The position numbers and the translations under genes were made by a program. DNA of 63,841 nucleotides, the filler included, from Bacteroidales bacterium (GTDB taxonomy: Bacteria > Bacteroidota > Bacteroidia > Bacteroidales > CAIWKO01), in NCBI GenBank assembly GCA_035389045.1. It is 3 parts of 3 records of this genome, joined end to end, with 100 filler letters (N's around TTAATTAATTAA, not from the genome) between each part and the next. Parts side by side here need not be neighbours in the genome. Positions count along the whole stretch, not along the records: positions 1 to 26,629 come from DAOORA010000062.1; 2 more parts are not named here. One strand, 5' to 3'. The notes under the pieces are model-generated. The model did not search any database. It worked only from the letters and a program-made list of their open reading frames with translations, and was not told the DNA's origin. Position 1 is the stretch's first letter. Each line of letters starts with the position of its first letter. Of the stretch, positions 9,897 to 19,209 are shown one piece after another.

Positions 9897-12800
9897 ATGT
9901 CATTAGAACAATCAAGATTTACCATCATGGCCCTCCCTCAGGGGGTGGATAGTAACGGGGTATTATCGCTGAACATCGTGTTTATTCCCCGGAATATTAA
10001 TCCGCTGACACAGGTGAATACCTGTTATAATACAACAAATAAAGCCAAAGCATTTGTGGACGTGCGGCCGCAATTCGACATAAAAATTGTGAATAATCCA
10101 GATGAGTTTCCCGGTAAAATTCCCGCTGATGAAAAAAACCTGGGTGCATCCTGTATCTATTCCGGAATAATGAAGGATATTTATACCACCCTTCGCGATG
10201 CGGTTGACGCGCAGGGGCACAAAAAATATTTTGATATTGACGAAGCGAGAAGCACGGACAACGTACCTTCCGGTTCGGAACACCGTGCTACCAAAGCTGA
10301 AACAAACAGGGATTCGGCCATCAGGAAGTATTTGCCGGTAAGTTACCGTAAGTCGTTTAATTTTACGTCGCCCCGCATTAAAAATGCGGTGACGGACGAC
10401 AGCTACTATTGCGCCATGCGCGACCAAAAGCCCAAACTTGATTTTGTCAAAGATGACAAGGTCAGCTGGGGAAAAGTGTATGCCCATCTGATGAGGCAAC
10501 CGCTGATGGCAAAAAAGGCCGGCCTGATCTATGAAACGAAGGTACAACTGGCAGCCACAGATTTTGAAAAAGGCGGATGGCTGTATGTGGATATTCGAAA
10601 AGACACCGATTATGATGCTGAACAGCAAAGATCGCTTGACCCTTCGAATCCCCATTATGCTGGTGGCCCATTTATCAAGAGATATGCAGCACGTATACCG
10701 GCGCTGAAAAAGAATGAAGCCAGGAGTTTGTTTGCCGCAGTGTTGTTCCCGGTGATGAATACAGGGGAATCACCTGAAGGTATCTGGGACGAACTGTTTC
10801 TTGAAGCAGCGCGCTATAACGAAGGCTTTGCAACCATAGTGCATGCTAATCAACCGGTGAGCGGCAACCTGTTGCAGGAAGAGCAGGATGGCTTTCATCC
10901 CCAGAAAGAAGTCGGCATACGCCTGGGCTGGGAAGACGAGCAGATTCTGATCTGGTACCTCCGGCAGATGGCGGTGGATGAAAATACAGGCAAAAGGCTT
11001 GATGCCCCTCTGGGTATCAACGGATACCATGTGGACGTGAAAAAAAGTACGGCAGGCGATGACGCCTGGGAATCGCTGACGGCTGTGCTCAGCAACGGCA
11101 ATATGTTCCTCGAAGGCATCGACATCGGCTCATACGCCGGTGAACTTCCCTACCAGGTCTATCCGGTAAAAATCTATGACGGCTTAACGGATGCCAATAA
11201 TTACTGGCTTCCCATGTATTTTGCCAACTGGAATAACTCCTCCCTTGTACTACCCGATAAAACGGCTGCCCGGATATACCAGAGCGAAAAAACCCTGGTA
11301 AGGGAAAAGACAGGCGCTGATAAATATGAATATAAAGAAGGAAAATCAGTAAAAATAAGCGATACCTATAAAGCCCCTGACATGAACACTAAACTTGTTT
11401 ATGGCAATGAATATCATTTCAGGGTACGCATGTCCGACATCAGTGGTGGATGTCCTTCTGCCCCAACCCCTACCCTGCCGGATTTTTCAGTAAGCCATAT
11501 CGGTAAAACACATTTTAAAAGATATGTGGCACCTCGCGAAATCACTATTCATAACAGAAACGAGATCAAAATAAATACAGATGACCATAATTTCAGCGGA
11601 AGCTCCCTGAAACTTTCCAGGCCTTTGTTGAATTACCCTGCCGTGGTGTTTACCGGAAAATATACCTATCCTGATGTGATTGAAAAAATTGCCCGGTCTG
11701 TTCAGGATTCTATCGATGAAAAAAAAGGAAAAGCATACGGCATCCCTGATCCTGATGTAAAAAGCGTGGAGATAAAAGTGGAAGTGGAAACCCTCAGGAT
11801 GGATAATCTGGCCAGTGATGACGGGCGCGAAAACTATATCACCTTATATAAAACGACCCGTTGGTTCCAAGCTTTTAATGAAGATGAGCCTGAAGGTGCA
11901 ATTGATATCCCCGTCAGATTTATTGATGTAAATGTTTTGAAACTTAAGGATATGACAGGCCCCTTTCCCCAGGCTGCAGATAATGATTTCATAACAAAGA
12001 CTGACGGAGAGATAATCTTACCTGCGGCAAGAAATATCCGCCTGACTTTAAGAGCTGTCGGAGATGAATACGCAGGTAACCCCGATTATTGGGGGCATGT
12101 AAATACAGTTAATTCAAATTTAGATTCCCGTTACGGGAAAACGACCGTACTCACTATGCGTAAAGAATCTGCCAATGAACAAAACATCTTCACGGGTGAG
12201 TCAGATCCTAAAACCTTACAGGGAATCTACTTACAGCCGGATCCTGTGAAACTCAAATTAGATCCTGTTATGTTCAAAGCCTTGCAGGGCGGCAACGAAG
12301 GCATGTCCGGCATAGTCCATCGCCTGGGTGGGCAGCTGGATGTTGCCGTAAAAGGGCTGACACTGGTTTCGGAAAACGGCGAGCGGCTGCAGTTCTGGTG
12401 CAGCAATATGATCAGGCACAGCATGGCGCCCGACAACAGCAGCATCACATTTGCCAACCGAAACGAGCTGCAGGGACACTGGCTGGTCTGCACTACATTG
12501 ATCATGGACCGGGACTGGACCTGGGACAGCCTCGATGCCAGCAGTTTTGAGATTTCCCGGAAAAGAAGAAGAGGACACGATCATCAGTTGATCAAGGATA
12601 AAGACTGGTCGGAGATTGGTGACCTGGAACTGAAAAAAACTGCTTCTTTTCAGGCTATTCAACAGGGAGAAGACGGACTGATACACAGAGAATATACAAA
12701 AATAATACTCATCGATGTGGTGGATAATGAACCGCCCTCGAAGCCATCTTCAATAATAGAGGTGTTGGGCCATGTGGACCCTCAGTATTTGCCGGATACT

Positions 12801-14123
12801 GTTGAATTGCAATACCGGATAACACCTAAGTTCAGGGCAGAACATACGCCTGTTGCTGATAAACCTTTAGAAACAAACCCTATCGAATTGCCCGCTACAG
12901 TCAATCCCACACAAACCCCTAAACTGATTGCTGCCGGTATCGCCTTAAGTCCATACAACCGTAATGAAAAATATTCGGCCACCGAGGCACGTACGCGTTT
13001 TCTCTGGCTGGAGTTTGACAAGCAACCCAGGGATAAGAACGATGACCTGTTCTGCCGTGTGCTGGCCTACAGCCCCGACCAGCTCATCAGCAACAATCAT
13101 CCGTCGCTTATGGAATTGCCCGAAGAACCGGCACTAACGTTGAATCCGGAGCACATCAGGGTGGTCACCCCCGACAGCTCGCACGACCACAGCGGACTGA
13201 ATGCCATGCAGAAAATGGAGAAGTCAACAGACGGTGACCGGCATTGTTACCTGTTGCCGCTACCTGCCGGAGTACACCACGAAAGCCCTGAGCTGTTCGG
13301 GATGTTTACCTATGAATTCCGCTACGGCCATAGCGACAGGATATGGAGCACGGCACAGGGCAGGTTCGGAAGAGCTTTGCGTGTGGCAGGACTTCAGCAT
13401 CCCGCACCGGTACTGGCCTGTATGGTAAACCGGGATGAAAAGATGGTATCCGTCACAGCCCCCTATGCGAAAGCCGTATTCAAAGGCAGAAATGTCACCG
13501 CTTCGCCGCCCAGAACCATCCTGTGGGCCTTATTGTATGCCCAGGTAAAACAGGCCGACGGGCTGGATTACAGGAACATACTGTTAAATGAAAAAGAACT
13601 TAAAACTATTGCCAAAAGAAGTATGAAAAACCGGGAGATCAATGTCAGAAAATCCCTGGAAGACCAGAATGTCGTGTTGAAAAAGAAAAATCTCCCCCTG
13701 GTGGAAATCACGGATGAGCTGATCCATAAGCATATCTTTCAACAGATTGCCCTGGAGAAAGAAGGTAGCAAGCAGGCTTTTGGCCGCTGGGGCAACAAAG
13801 AGGTGAACGACATGCTCGACCTGTATGGTTTGCCGCACGATTCGCCGCTGAGTGTTTTGTGTGTGGAGGTTTATGGGCAGATCACCAATATCTTTGAACA
13901 TATAGATGATTTTGGTGAAGAAAAAGTGAAAACGGAGTTTTTGGAAAATACATCTTTAACTTTCGGCCATGAGGCAGCGGGACAAATGACTAAAAATATT
14001 TATAAAGCCCAGGCACCCGGCGAAAAAGACCCTGCCGACCCTCTGAACAGTCAGTTGGGATTGTTCAGGATATTGCGTACTTCGCCGCTGACTGAGGTGC
14101 CGTTTATCTGTATCAAGGAATAA
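9897..14123 (+). CDS. Giant hypothetical protein (1408 aa) with fibronectin-III/Ig-like strand signatures
   Basis: Uninterrupted 4.2-kb ORF 36 nt after the previous gene. Motifs GIRLGW, INGYHVDVKK...W, LVYGNEYHFRVRMSDISG. No signal peptide. Confidence 0.9.
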   Translation: MSLEQSRFTIMALPQGVDSNGVLSLNIVFIPRNINPLTQVNTCYNTTNKAKAFVDVRPQFDIKIVNNPDEFPGKIPADEKNLGASCIYSGIMKDIYTTLRDAVDAQGHKKYFDIDEARSTDNVPSGSEHRATKAETNRDSAIRKYLPVSYRKSFNFTSPRIKNAVTDDSYYCAMRDQKPKLDFVKDDKVSWGKVYAHLMRQPLMAKKAGLIYETKVQLAATDFEKGGWLYVDIRKDTDYDAEQQRSLDPSNPHYAGGPFIKRYAARIPALKKNEARSLFAAVLFPVMNTGESPEGIWDELFLEAARYNEGFATIVHANQPVSGNLLQEEQDGFHPQKEVGIRLGWEDEQILIWYLRQMAVDENTGKRLDAPLGINGYHVDVKKSTAGDDAWESLTAVLSNGNMFLEGIDIGSYAGELPYQVYPVKIYDGLTDANNYWLPMYFANWNNSSLVLPDKTAARIYQSEKTLVREKTGADKYEYKEGKSVKISDTYKAPDMNTKLVYGNEYHFRVRMSDISGGCPSAPTPTLPDFSVSHIGKTHFKRYVAPREITIHNRNEIKINTDDHNFSGSSLKLSRPLLNYPAVVFTGKYTYPDVIEKIARSVQDSIDEKKGKAYGIPDPDVKSVEIKVEVETLRMDNLASDDGRENYITLYKTTRWFQAFNEDEPEGAIDIPVRFIDVNVLKLKDMTGPFPQAADNDFITKTDGEIILPAARNIRLTLRAVGDEYAGNPDYWGHVNTVNSNLDSRYGKTTVLTMRKESANEQNIFTGESDPKTLQGIYLQPDPVKLKLDPVMFKALQGGNEGMSGIVHRLGGQLDVAVKGLTLVSENGERLQFWCSNMIRHSMAPDNSSITFANRNELQGHWLVCTTLIMDRDWTWDSLDASSFEISRKRRRGHDHQLIKDKDWSEIGDLELKKTASFQAIQQGEDGLIHREYTKIILIDVVDNEPPSKPSSIIEVLGHVDPQYLPDTVELQYRITPKFRAEHTPVADKPLETNPIELPATVNPTQTPKLIAAGIALSPYNRNEKYSATEARTRFLWLEFDKQPRDKNDDLFCRVLAYSPDQLISNNHPSLMELPEEPALTLNPEHIRVVTPDSSHDHSGLNAMQKMEKSTDGDRHCYLLPLPAGVHHESPELFGMFTYEFRYGHSDRIWSTAQGRFGRALRVAGLQHPAPVLACMVNRDEKMVSVTAPYAKAVFKGRNVTASPPRTILWALLYAQVKQADGLDYRNILLNEKELKTIAKRSMKNREINVRKSLEDQNVVLKKKNLPLVEITDELIHKHIFQQIALEKEGSKQAFGRWGNKEVNDMLDLYGLPHDSPLSVLCVEVYGQITNIFEHIDDFGEEKVKTEFLENTSLTFGHEAAGQMTKNIYKAQAPGEKDPADPLNSQLGLFRILRTSPLTEVPFICIKE

Positions 14124-14139
14124 TACAGGGCGATAGATA

Positions 14140-14245
14140 CGGTGGCTTCGAGAACCTCAGCCACCGAGGGGAAAAAATCCCAGCCGCTGCCTGAGGCCTT
14201 CGAAGGCAGCGAAGGATACGGTGGCTTCGGGAAACTCAGCCACCG
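14140..14245. repeat. REP/BIME-like array of three 27-nt hairpins in alternating orientation (core CTTCG-N5-CTCAG)
   Basis: cggtggcttcgagaacctcagccaccg 14140-14166; inverted-type cgctgcctgaggccttcgaaggcagcg 14185-14211; cggtggcttcgggaaactcagccaccg 14219-14245. Confidence 0.85.
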
Positions 14246-14280
14246 ATGAAATGGGAATGTCAACCACCTTGTTACTTGTT

Positions 14281-14303
14281 GTGCGAAGTTTGTAACTTCG
14301 CAC
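14281..14303. repeat. REP-like palindrome gtgcgaagtt-tgt-aacttcgcac (same family as 35148-35275)
   Basis: Perfect 10-bp arms; near-identical copies at about 35.2 kb. Confidence 0.75.
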
Positions 14304-14415
14304 ACTGTATCTTATCCTGAAATTCATTTGATTGTACTTTTAACAGTACAAAAAAACAGTTTGGTTTTAATATTAAAAAATATGTATTTTTATGATTTGA
14401 TTCTGAAAATACGAT

Positions 14416-15969
14416 ATGGCAAAAACTAAACAGGAACCCAAAGAGCAGCCCCTCGAAAAAACATTGTGGCAAGCCGCTGACAAGCTGCGCAAGAACATGG
14501 ATGCTGCCGAGTACAAACATATTGTGCTCGGTTTGATCTTTATAAAATACATCTCCGATGCATTCGAGGAAATGTATTTAAAACTTAAAGAAGGAAAAGG
14601 GCAATATGCCGGAGCTGATCCGGAAGACCCTGACGAATACCGCGCTGAAAACGTTTTTTACGTACCGCCGCAGGCACGCTGGAGCTACCTGCTGACACGT
14701 GCCAAATTACCCGGCGTGGGTAAAGATGTTGACGATGCCATGGATGCCATCGAAAAGGATAACCCGACATTGAAAGGTGTTTTACCAAAACAATATGCAC
14801 GCACTAACCTCGATAAAAACAGTCTGGGCGCACTGATAGACATAATCGGTAATATTGCCCTGGGCGATACCGCAAGCCGAAGTAAGGACACCTTAGGCAG
14901 GGTTTATGAGTACTTTTTAGGGCAGTTTGCATTGGCCGAAGGTAAAAAGGGAGGACAATTCTATACTCCGGCAAGCATCGTGAAATTATTGGTTGAAATA
15001 ATTGAGCCGTATAATGGCCGTGTGTTCGACCCTTGCAACGGCAGCGGCGGCATGTTTGTGCAAAGCGAAAAATTCATACAGTCGCATCAGGGCAAGGTGG
15101 ATGATATTTCGATTTTCGGACAGGAAAGCAATCAGACCACCTATCGCCTGTGCCGGATGAACCTTGCCATCAGGGGAATTGACGGCTCAAATATTAAATG
15201 GAATAACGAAGGCAGTTTTCTCAGGGATGCCCACCCCGACCTGAAAGCAGATTTTATTCTGGCCAACCCTCCCTTTAACGACAGCGACTGGAGCGGCGAC
15301 CTGCTGCAAAAAGACGGACGCTGGAAATACGGCCTGCCGCCTGCCGGAAACGCCAACTATGCCTGGATACAGCATTTTATTTACCACCTTGCGCCAAGCG
15401 GAATAGCAGGTTTTGTACTTTCAAAAGGATCACTGACAACCAATACCTCCGGAGAGGGAGAGATACGCAAAAACCTGATCGAGGAAGGATTGATAGATTG
15501 CATTGTAAACCTGCCCGACAAATTATTTTTCAATACCGGCATTCCGGCCTGCCTGTGGTTTGTTACACGCAACAAGACCAACGGAAAGTTCCGTAACCGC
15601 ACCAATGAGGTGCTGTTTATTGATGCCCGCAACCTCGGCTTTATGGTGAACCGCCGCAGCCGTGAGTTTACTGATGAGGATATCAGCAAGGTTGCAAGCA
15701 CTTATCACAACTGGCGGGCTTCGACAGCTTCAACAAGCAATTATCAGGACATACCCGGCTATTGCAAATCTGTAACTATTGATGAGATACGTGAAAAAAA
15801 TTATGTGCTCACTCCGGGCCGTTACATAGGCTTGCCCGATGAAGAAGATGATTTTAATTTCCCGGAACGTTTTAATGCTTTAAAAACTGAACTTGAAAAA
15901 CAAATTACTGAAGAAGCGGAACTGAATAAAGCAATTATTGAAAATCTGAAAAAGATACAGTATGAATAA
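14416..15969 (+). CDS. hsdM: Type I restriction-modification methyltransferase subunit M (N6-adenine)
   Basis: [10 protein letters not shown]-terminus, GQFYTP, motif I DPCNGSGG, motif IV ANPPFN, VLTPGRY. Confidence 0.95.
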   Translation: MAKTKQEPKEQPLEKTLWQAADKLRKNMDAAEYKHIVLGLIFIKYISDAFEEMYLKLKEGKGQYAGADPEDPDEYRAENVFYVPPQARWSYLLTRAKLPGVGKDVDDAMDAIEKDNPTLKGVLPKQYARTNLDKNSLGALIDIIGNIALGDTASRSKDTLGRVYEYFLGQFALAEGKKGGQFYTPASIVKLLVEIIEPYNGRVFDPCNGSGGMFVQSEKFIQSHQGKVDDISIFGQESNQTTYRLCRMNLAIRGIDGSNIKWNNEGSFLRDAHPDLKADFILANPPFNDSDWSGDLLQKDGRWKYGLPPAGNANYAWIQHFIYHLAPSGIAGFVLSKGSLTTNTSGEGEIRKNLIEEGLIDCIVNLPDKLFFNTGIPACLWFVTRNKTNGKFRNRTNEVLFIDARNLGFMVNRRSREFTDEDISKVASTYHNWRASTASTSNYQDIPGYCKSVTIDEIREKNYVLTPGRYIGLPDEEDDFNFPERFNALKTELEKQITEEAELNKAIIENLKKIQYE

Positions 15970-17125
15970 ATTGCCTGAAATAAATTATTTTGAAGTACTC
16001 GACCTGCTGAAAGAAAAAATCAGGCATGCCCGATACAGGACTGTTTTAAGCATAAATTACGAGCTGCTTAAAACATATTGGGAAATAGGCAAAACCATTT
16101 TAGAACAACAGAAAAAAGCGGGCTGGGGTGCAAAGATCATTGACCGGCTTGCCGTGGATTTAAAAATGGAATTTCCGGATTTTAAAGGCCTTTCGGTGCG
16201 AAATCTCAAATATATGAGGGCTTTTGCCGAAACATACCCGGAGTTTAGTACACTTACGCTGCCACCTGATGCACAAACTCAAAATACAGCTAAAACAGCA
16301 ATTGTGCAGCAAGTTGTTGCACAATTTGGCCATGGAAATACGGATGCATTTGTGCAGCAAATTGCTGCACAATTACCATGGGGACATCATCAGGTGCTGC
16401 TGGATAAAGTTAAGACACGGGAACAGCGGTTGTTTTACATGCAACAGTGTGTCGAAAACGGGTGGAGCCGTAGTATTCTTGTGATGCAAATAGAAAACGG
16501 CCTTTATGAGCGGCAGGGGAAAGCTATCAGCAATTTCGGACAAACCCTGCCACAACTCCAATCTGACCTGGTGCAGCAGAGCCTGAAAAATCCTTACATA
16601 TTTGATTTCATCAGTTTTGGTGAAGAAATAAAAGAAAGGGAACTCGAAAAAGCCCTCATTCAGCATCTGAAAAAATTTATGCTTGAATTAGGTAAGGGCT
16701 TCGCCTATGTGGGCAATCAGTTTGACCTGACAGTAGAAGATGATGAATATTTCCTCGACCTTCTTTTTTACAATTATCGCCTCCATCGTTTTGTGATATT
16801 CGAGCTTAAAATTGGCGATTTTAAACCGGAATATGCCGGTAAACTTAATTTCTATATCAATACCGTTGATGCTCAGATAAAAAGCGATAAAGACGATGCA
16901 ACCATTGGAATACTGTTATGCAAAACCCCTAATGAATTGGTTATCCGGTATTCTTTGCAGGGCATCAAAACACCTATTGGTGTTTCGGAATACCTGTTGA
17001 AAAAGGGAATTCCGAAAGTTCTCAAAACCGACCTCCCAAGTATTGAAGAACTGGAAGCCAACATTGATAAGGAATTCAAAGGGCTGAAGCGGAAAGATAA
17101 TCAGAAGAATGACTCAAAAAACTAA
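15962..17125 (+). CDS. YhcG/DUF1016 PD-(D/E)xK nuclease-domain protein
   Basis: [40 protein letters not shown]...FELK, GKLNFY, IGILLCK. Confidence 0.93.
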   Translation: MNKLPEINYFEVLDLLKEKIRHARYRTVLSINYELLKTYWEIGKTILEQQKKAGWGAKIIDRLAVDLKMEFPDFKGLSVRNLKYMRAFAETYPEFSTLTLPPDAQTQNTAKTAIVQQVVAQFGHGNTDAFVQQIAAQLPWGHHQVLLDKVKTREQRLFYMQQCVENGWSRSILVMQIENGLYERQGKAISNFGQTLPQLQSDLVQQSLKNPYIFDFISFGEEIKERELEKALIQHLKKFMLELGKGFAYVGNQFDLTVEDDEYFLDLLFYNYRLHRFVIFELKIGDFKPEYAGKLNFYINTVDAQIKSDKDDATIGILLCKTPNELVIRYSLQGIKTPIGVSEYLLKKGIPKVLKTDLPSIEELEANIDKEFKGLKRKDNQKNDSKN

Positions 17126-17135
17126 AAGCATTGAA

Positions 17136-17183
17136 ATGAGCGAGTGGAATAATAAGTCGCTATTTTTAAACCGGATTCCATGA
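17136..17183 (+). pseudogene. Probable 5' stub of hsdS (MSEWNNKSL...)
   Basis: 15-codon ORF at the position where hsdS is expected, with the typical HsdS MSEW start. Its TGA overlaps the GIY-YIG ATG. Confidence 0.45.
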
Positions 17184-17458
17184 AAGGATACATGTACATA
17201 CTGGAATGTGCCGATGACAGCTATTATACAGGCAGTACCAACAATCTTGAGTTACGTCTTGCGCAACATCAGTCTGGCGATGGCGCCAATCACACAAAAA
17301 AGAGGTTGCCTGTTAAACTGGTATATTACGAAGAATACCCAAGAATTGATTTGGCTTTTTTCAGGGAAAAACAAGTGCAGGGCTGGCGAAGAAAAAAGAA
17401 GGAAGCCCTGATAAATGGGGACCAACAACTTTTGCCGGAGCTGGCTATTGCTTATTGA
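17180..17458 (+). CDS. Small GIY-YIG nuclease (UPF0213/YhbQ-like)
   Basis: YMYILECADDSYYTGSTNNLELRLAQH and REKQVQGWRRKKKEALI. Confidence 0.92.
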   Translation: MKGYMYILECADDSYYTGSTNNLELRLAQHQSGDGANHTKKRLPVKLVYYEEYPRIDLAFFREKQVQGWRRKKKEALINGDQQLLPELAIAY

Positions 17459-17464
17459 GATTTT

Positions 17465-17585
17465 CCGCTGCCTGAGGCTCCGCTGCCTGAGGCTCTCGAA
17501 GGCAGCATGAAAACGGTGGCTTCGAGAACCTCAGCCACCGTAGAAAACAAGTACAAACCGCTGACTGAGGCTCCCGAAGTCAGCG
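17465..17585. repeat. REP/BIME-like hairpin array, same family as 14140-14245
   Basis: Partial copy 17465-17479; hairpins 17481-17506, 17513-17541 (core identical to the 14140 copy) and 17559-17585. Confidence 0.85.
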
Positions 17586-17607
17586 AAAGAAAAATGTAGT
17601 CCCCAAT

Positions 17608-17634
17608 AAAAAAAGCCCCGATTTTTCAGGGCTT
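17608..17634 (-). terminator. Rho-independent terminator after tRNA-His
   Basis: Minus strand reads aagccctg-aaaaat-cggggctt followed by a U run. Confidence 0.65.
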
Positions 17635-17637
17635 GGG

Positions 17638-17712
17638 GGAGGAAGATGGGGTTCGAACCCACGACTTTCAGAACCACAATCTGACGCTCTAACCAGCTGA
17701 GCTACATCCTCC
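17638..17712 (-). tRNA. tRNA-His (GTG)
   Basis: Reverse complement GGAGGATGTAGCTCAGCTGGTTAGAGCGTCAGATTGTGGTTCTGAAAGTCGTGGGTTCGAACCCCATCTTCCTCC: cloverleaf, anticodon GTG, G-1:C73 pair. Upstream TATTTTTG -7 element at 17724-17731. Confidence 0.96.
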
Positions 17713-17975
17713 GTATTGTGGTGCAAAAATAATAATTTTTTTGTCCGTACAACAGAAAATTTTCGTTTTCTTCCATCATCAGAATTATTTTCTATAACTT
17801 GCCACTGAGTATCAGCGATGCCGAATTCTTGTCTTTTTATTCTTTAATGTTTTAATTATCAGATAATCAAATTCATAATATTTTATCAATATATAAATTA
17901 ACTTTATTATTTATTAAAATTACCGGGATAGATTTTTTAATCTGTAATTTTGATTTTTGATTTGATAACTTTTAG

Positions 17976-19031
17976 ATGGAACATTCACTGCTTCAGATTC
18001 TGAGATGCCCTCTGACAAAAAAAGAGTTGCGGCTGCAGGTGCTCTCTGAATTTGAGAGGAAATACGGTAACAGAACCATACGCGAAATAAAGGATGGTGT
18101 TTTGTTTTCGGATGCCGGACTGATATTCCCTGTAATTGACGGGATACCACGCATGCTGATCGAAGCTTTTGAGGATTATGCAGCATGGTTTGAGCAAAAT
18201 TATCCTGACTATGAAACAGCAAAAAAAGATATCCTTCAAAAGTATCCGGGGTTGATAGCACATTGCCTCCGGAAAAACCGCAGGACCAAAAAAAGTTTTG
18301 CCTTGGAATGGAGTCTGCTGAACTATAAAAAACAGGATAAAATATGGCATGATGATGCGCAGGGGATAGAAGAACTGTTTTTCAGAGAATCGCTGGAAAG
18401 CCCGACCTCACTGAAAGAGAAAAGTGTTATTGATGTCGGGTGCGGCCACGGGCTGAATACCACCGCCGTGGGAAAGTATTGCAAAAACATTGTCGGGGTG
18501 GAACTTGGCAGGGCGGTAGAAAATGCTTATGCTAATAATACCCTGGAAAATGTAAGTTTTGTGCAGGCCGACCTGCAGTTTTTACCCTTCGCTGAAAATA
18601 CCTTCGATCTGCTGCTGAGCGGCGGCGTCATTCATCATACCACCAACACCGAGCTTTCGTTCTGTCAGGTGGAAACCATCCTCATACCCGGAGGAAAAAT
18701 TTGCCTCTGGCTGTACCATCCGGTGAATGATTTTCTGCATAATGCGATAGATGCTTTGCGCAGGGTCACATCAAAACTACCTGTGCGTTTGCAGTTTTTT
18801 TTATACCTGATATTTATTTTTCCTGTTACGTATTCCGTCAAAAGGATCAAAGGCCGCAGGATCAACTGGCGCGAAGAAATGATAGACCTGATGGATTCCC
18901 TCTCGCCCGAATTCCGCTGGGAGCATACGCATGATGAAGCCGCATCATGGCTGCAGAAAAAAGGCTATTCCGATATCCGTATTACTACTGATGTAAGGTT
19001 TGGATTCTCCATCACAGGACAAAAACCATAA
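17976..19031 (+). CDS. Class I SAM-dependent methyltransferase with N-terminal Trm112-like domain
   Basis: LLQILRCPLTK...FPVIDGIPRM N-terminus, VIDVGCGHG motif I, GVIHHT. Confidence 0.85.
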   Translation: MEHSLLQILRCPLTKKELRLQVLSEFERKYGNRTIREIKDGVLFSDAGLIFPVIDGIPRMLIEAFEDYAAWFEQNYPDYETAKKDILQKYPGLIAHCLRKNRRTKKSFALEWSLLNYKKQDKIWHDDAQGIEELFFRESLESPTSLKEKSVIDVGCGHGLNTTAVGKYCKNIVGVELGRAVENAYANNTLENVSFVQADLQFLPFAENTFDLLLSGGVIHHTTNTELSFCQVETILIPGGKICLWLYHPVNDFLHNAIDALRRVTSKLPVRLQFFLYLIFIFPVTYSVKRIKGRRINWREEMIDLMDSLSPEFRWEHTHDEAASWLQKKGYSDIRITTDVRFGFSITGQKP

Positions 19032-19209
19032 AAATTAGGTTCCGGGGGCTTCAATGATCATAGGAAAGACAGTATCACTGCCTTTAACTGCCGCTATGGT
19101 CAACTGATTGGTGCACCCTGGATGACTCACCTGATCTTTTGTGAGCTCAAAATCAGTACAAAAAAAAATAAGATAAAGAAAAATTCGTTTTTACATTACA
19201 TTTGCACTC

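Noticed and set aside
4661..13901. Many antisense or alternate-frame ORFs of 60-238 aa within the giant genes (and similar ones across the window)
   Set aside because: They are shadow ORFs fully overlapping long, motif-bearing genes and have no recognisable features.
14085..14097. ccgctgactgagg at the end of the 1408-aa gene matches the hairpin start at 17558
   Set aside because: Only 13 nt with no second arm, and it encodes the PLTE of the C-terminal motif; probably chance.
4650..14123. Giant proteins as Rhs/Tc toxin, T9SS adhesin, phage tail or NRPS/PKS
   Set aside because: No YD repeats, RHS core, CTD, signal peptide, tail/baseplate neighbours or PKS/NRPS motifs are visible.
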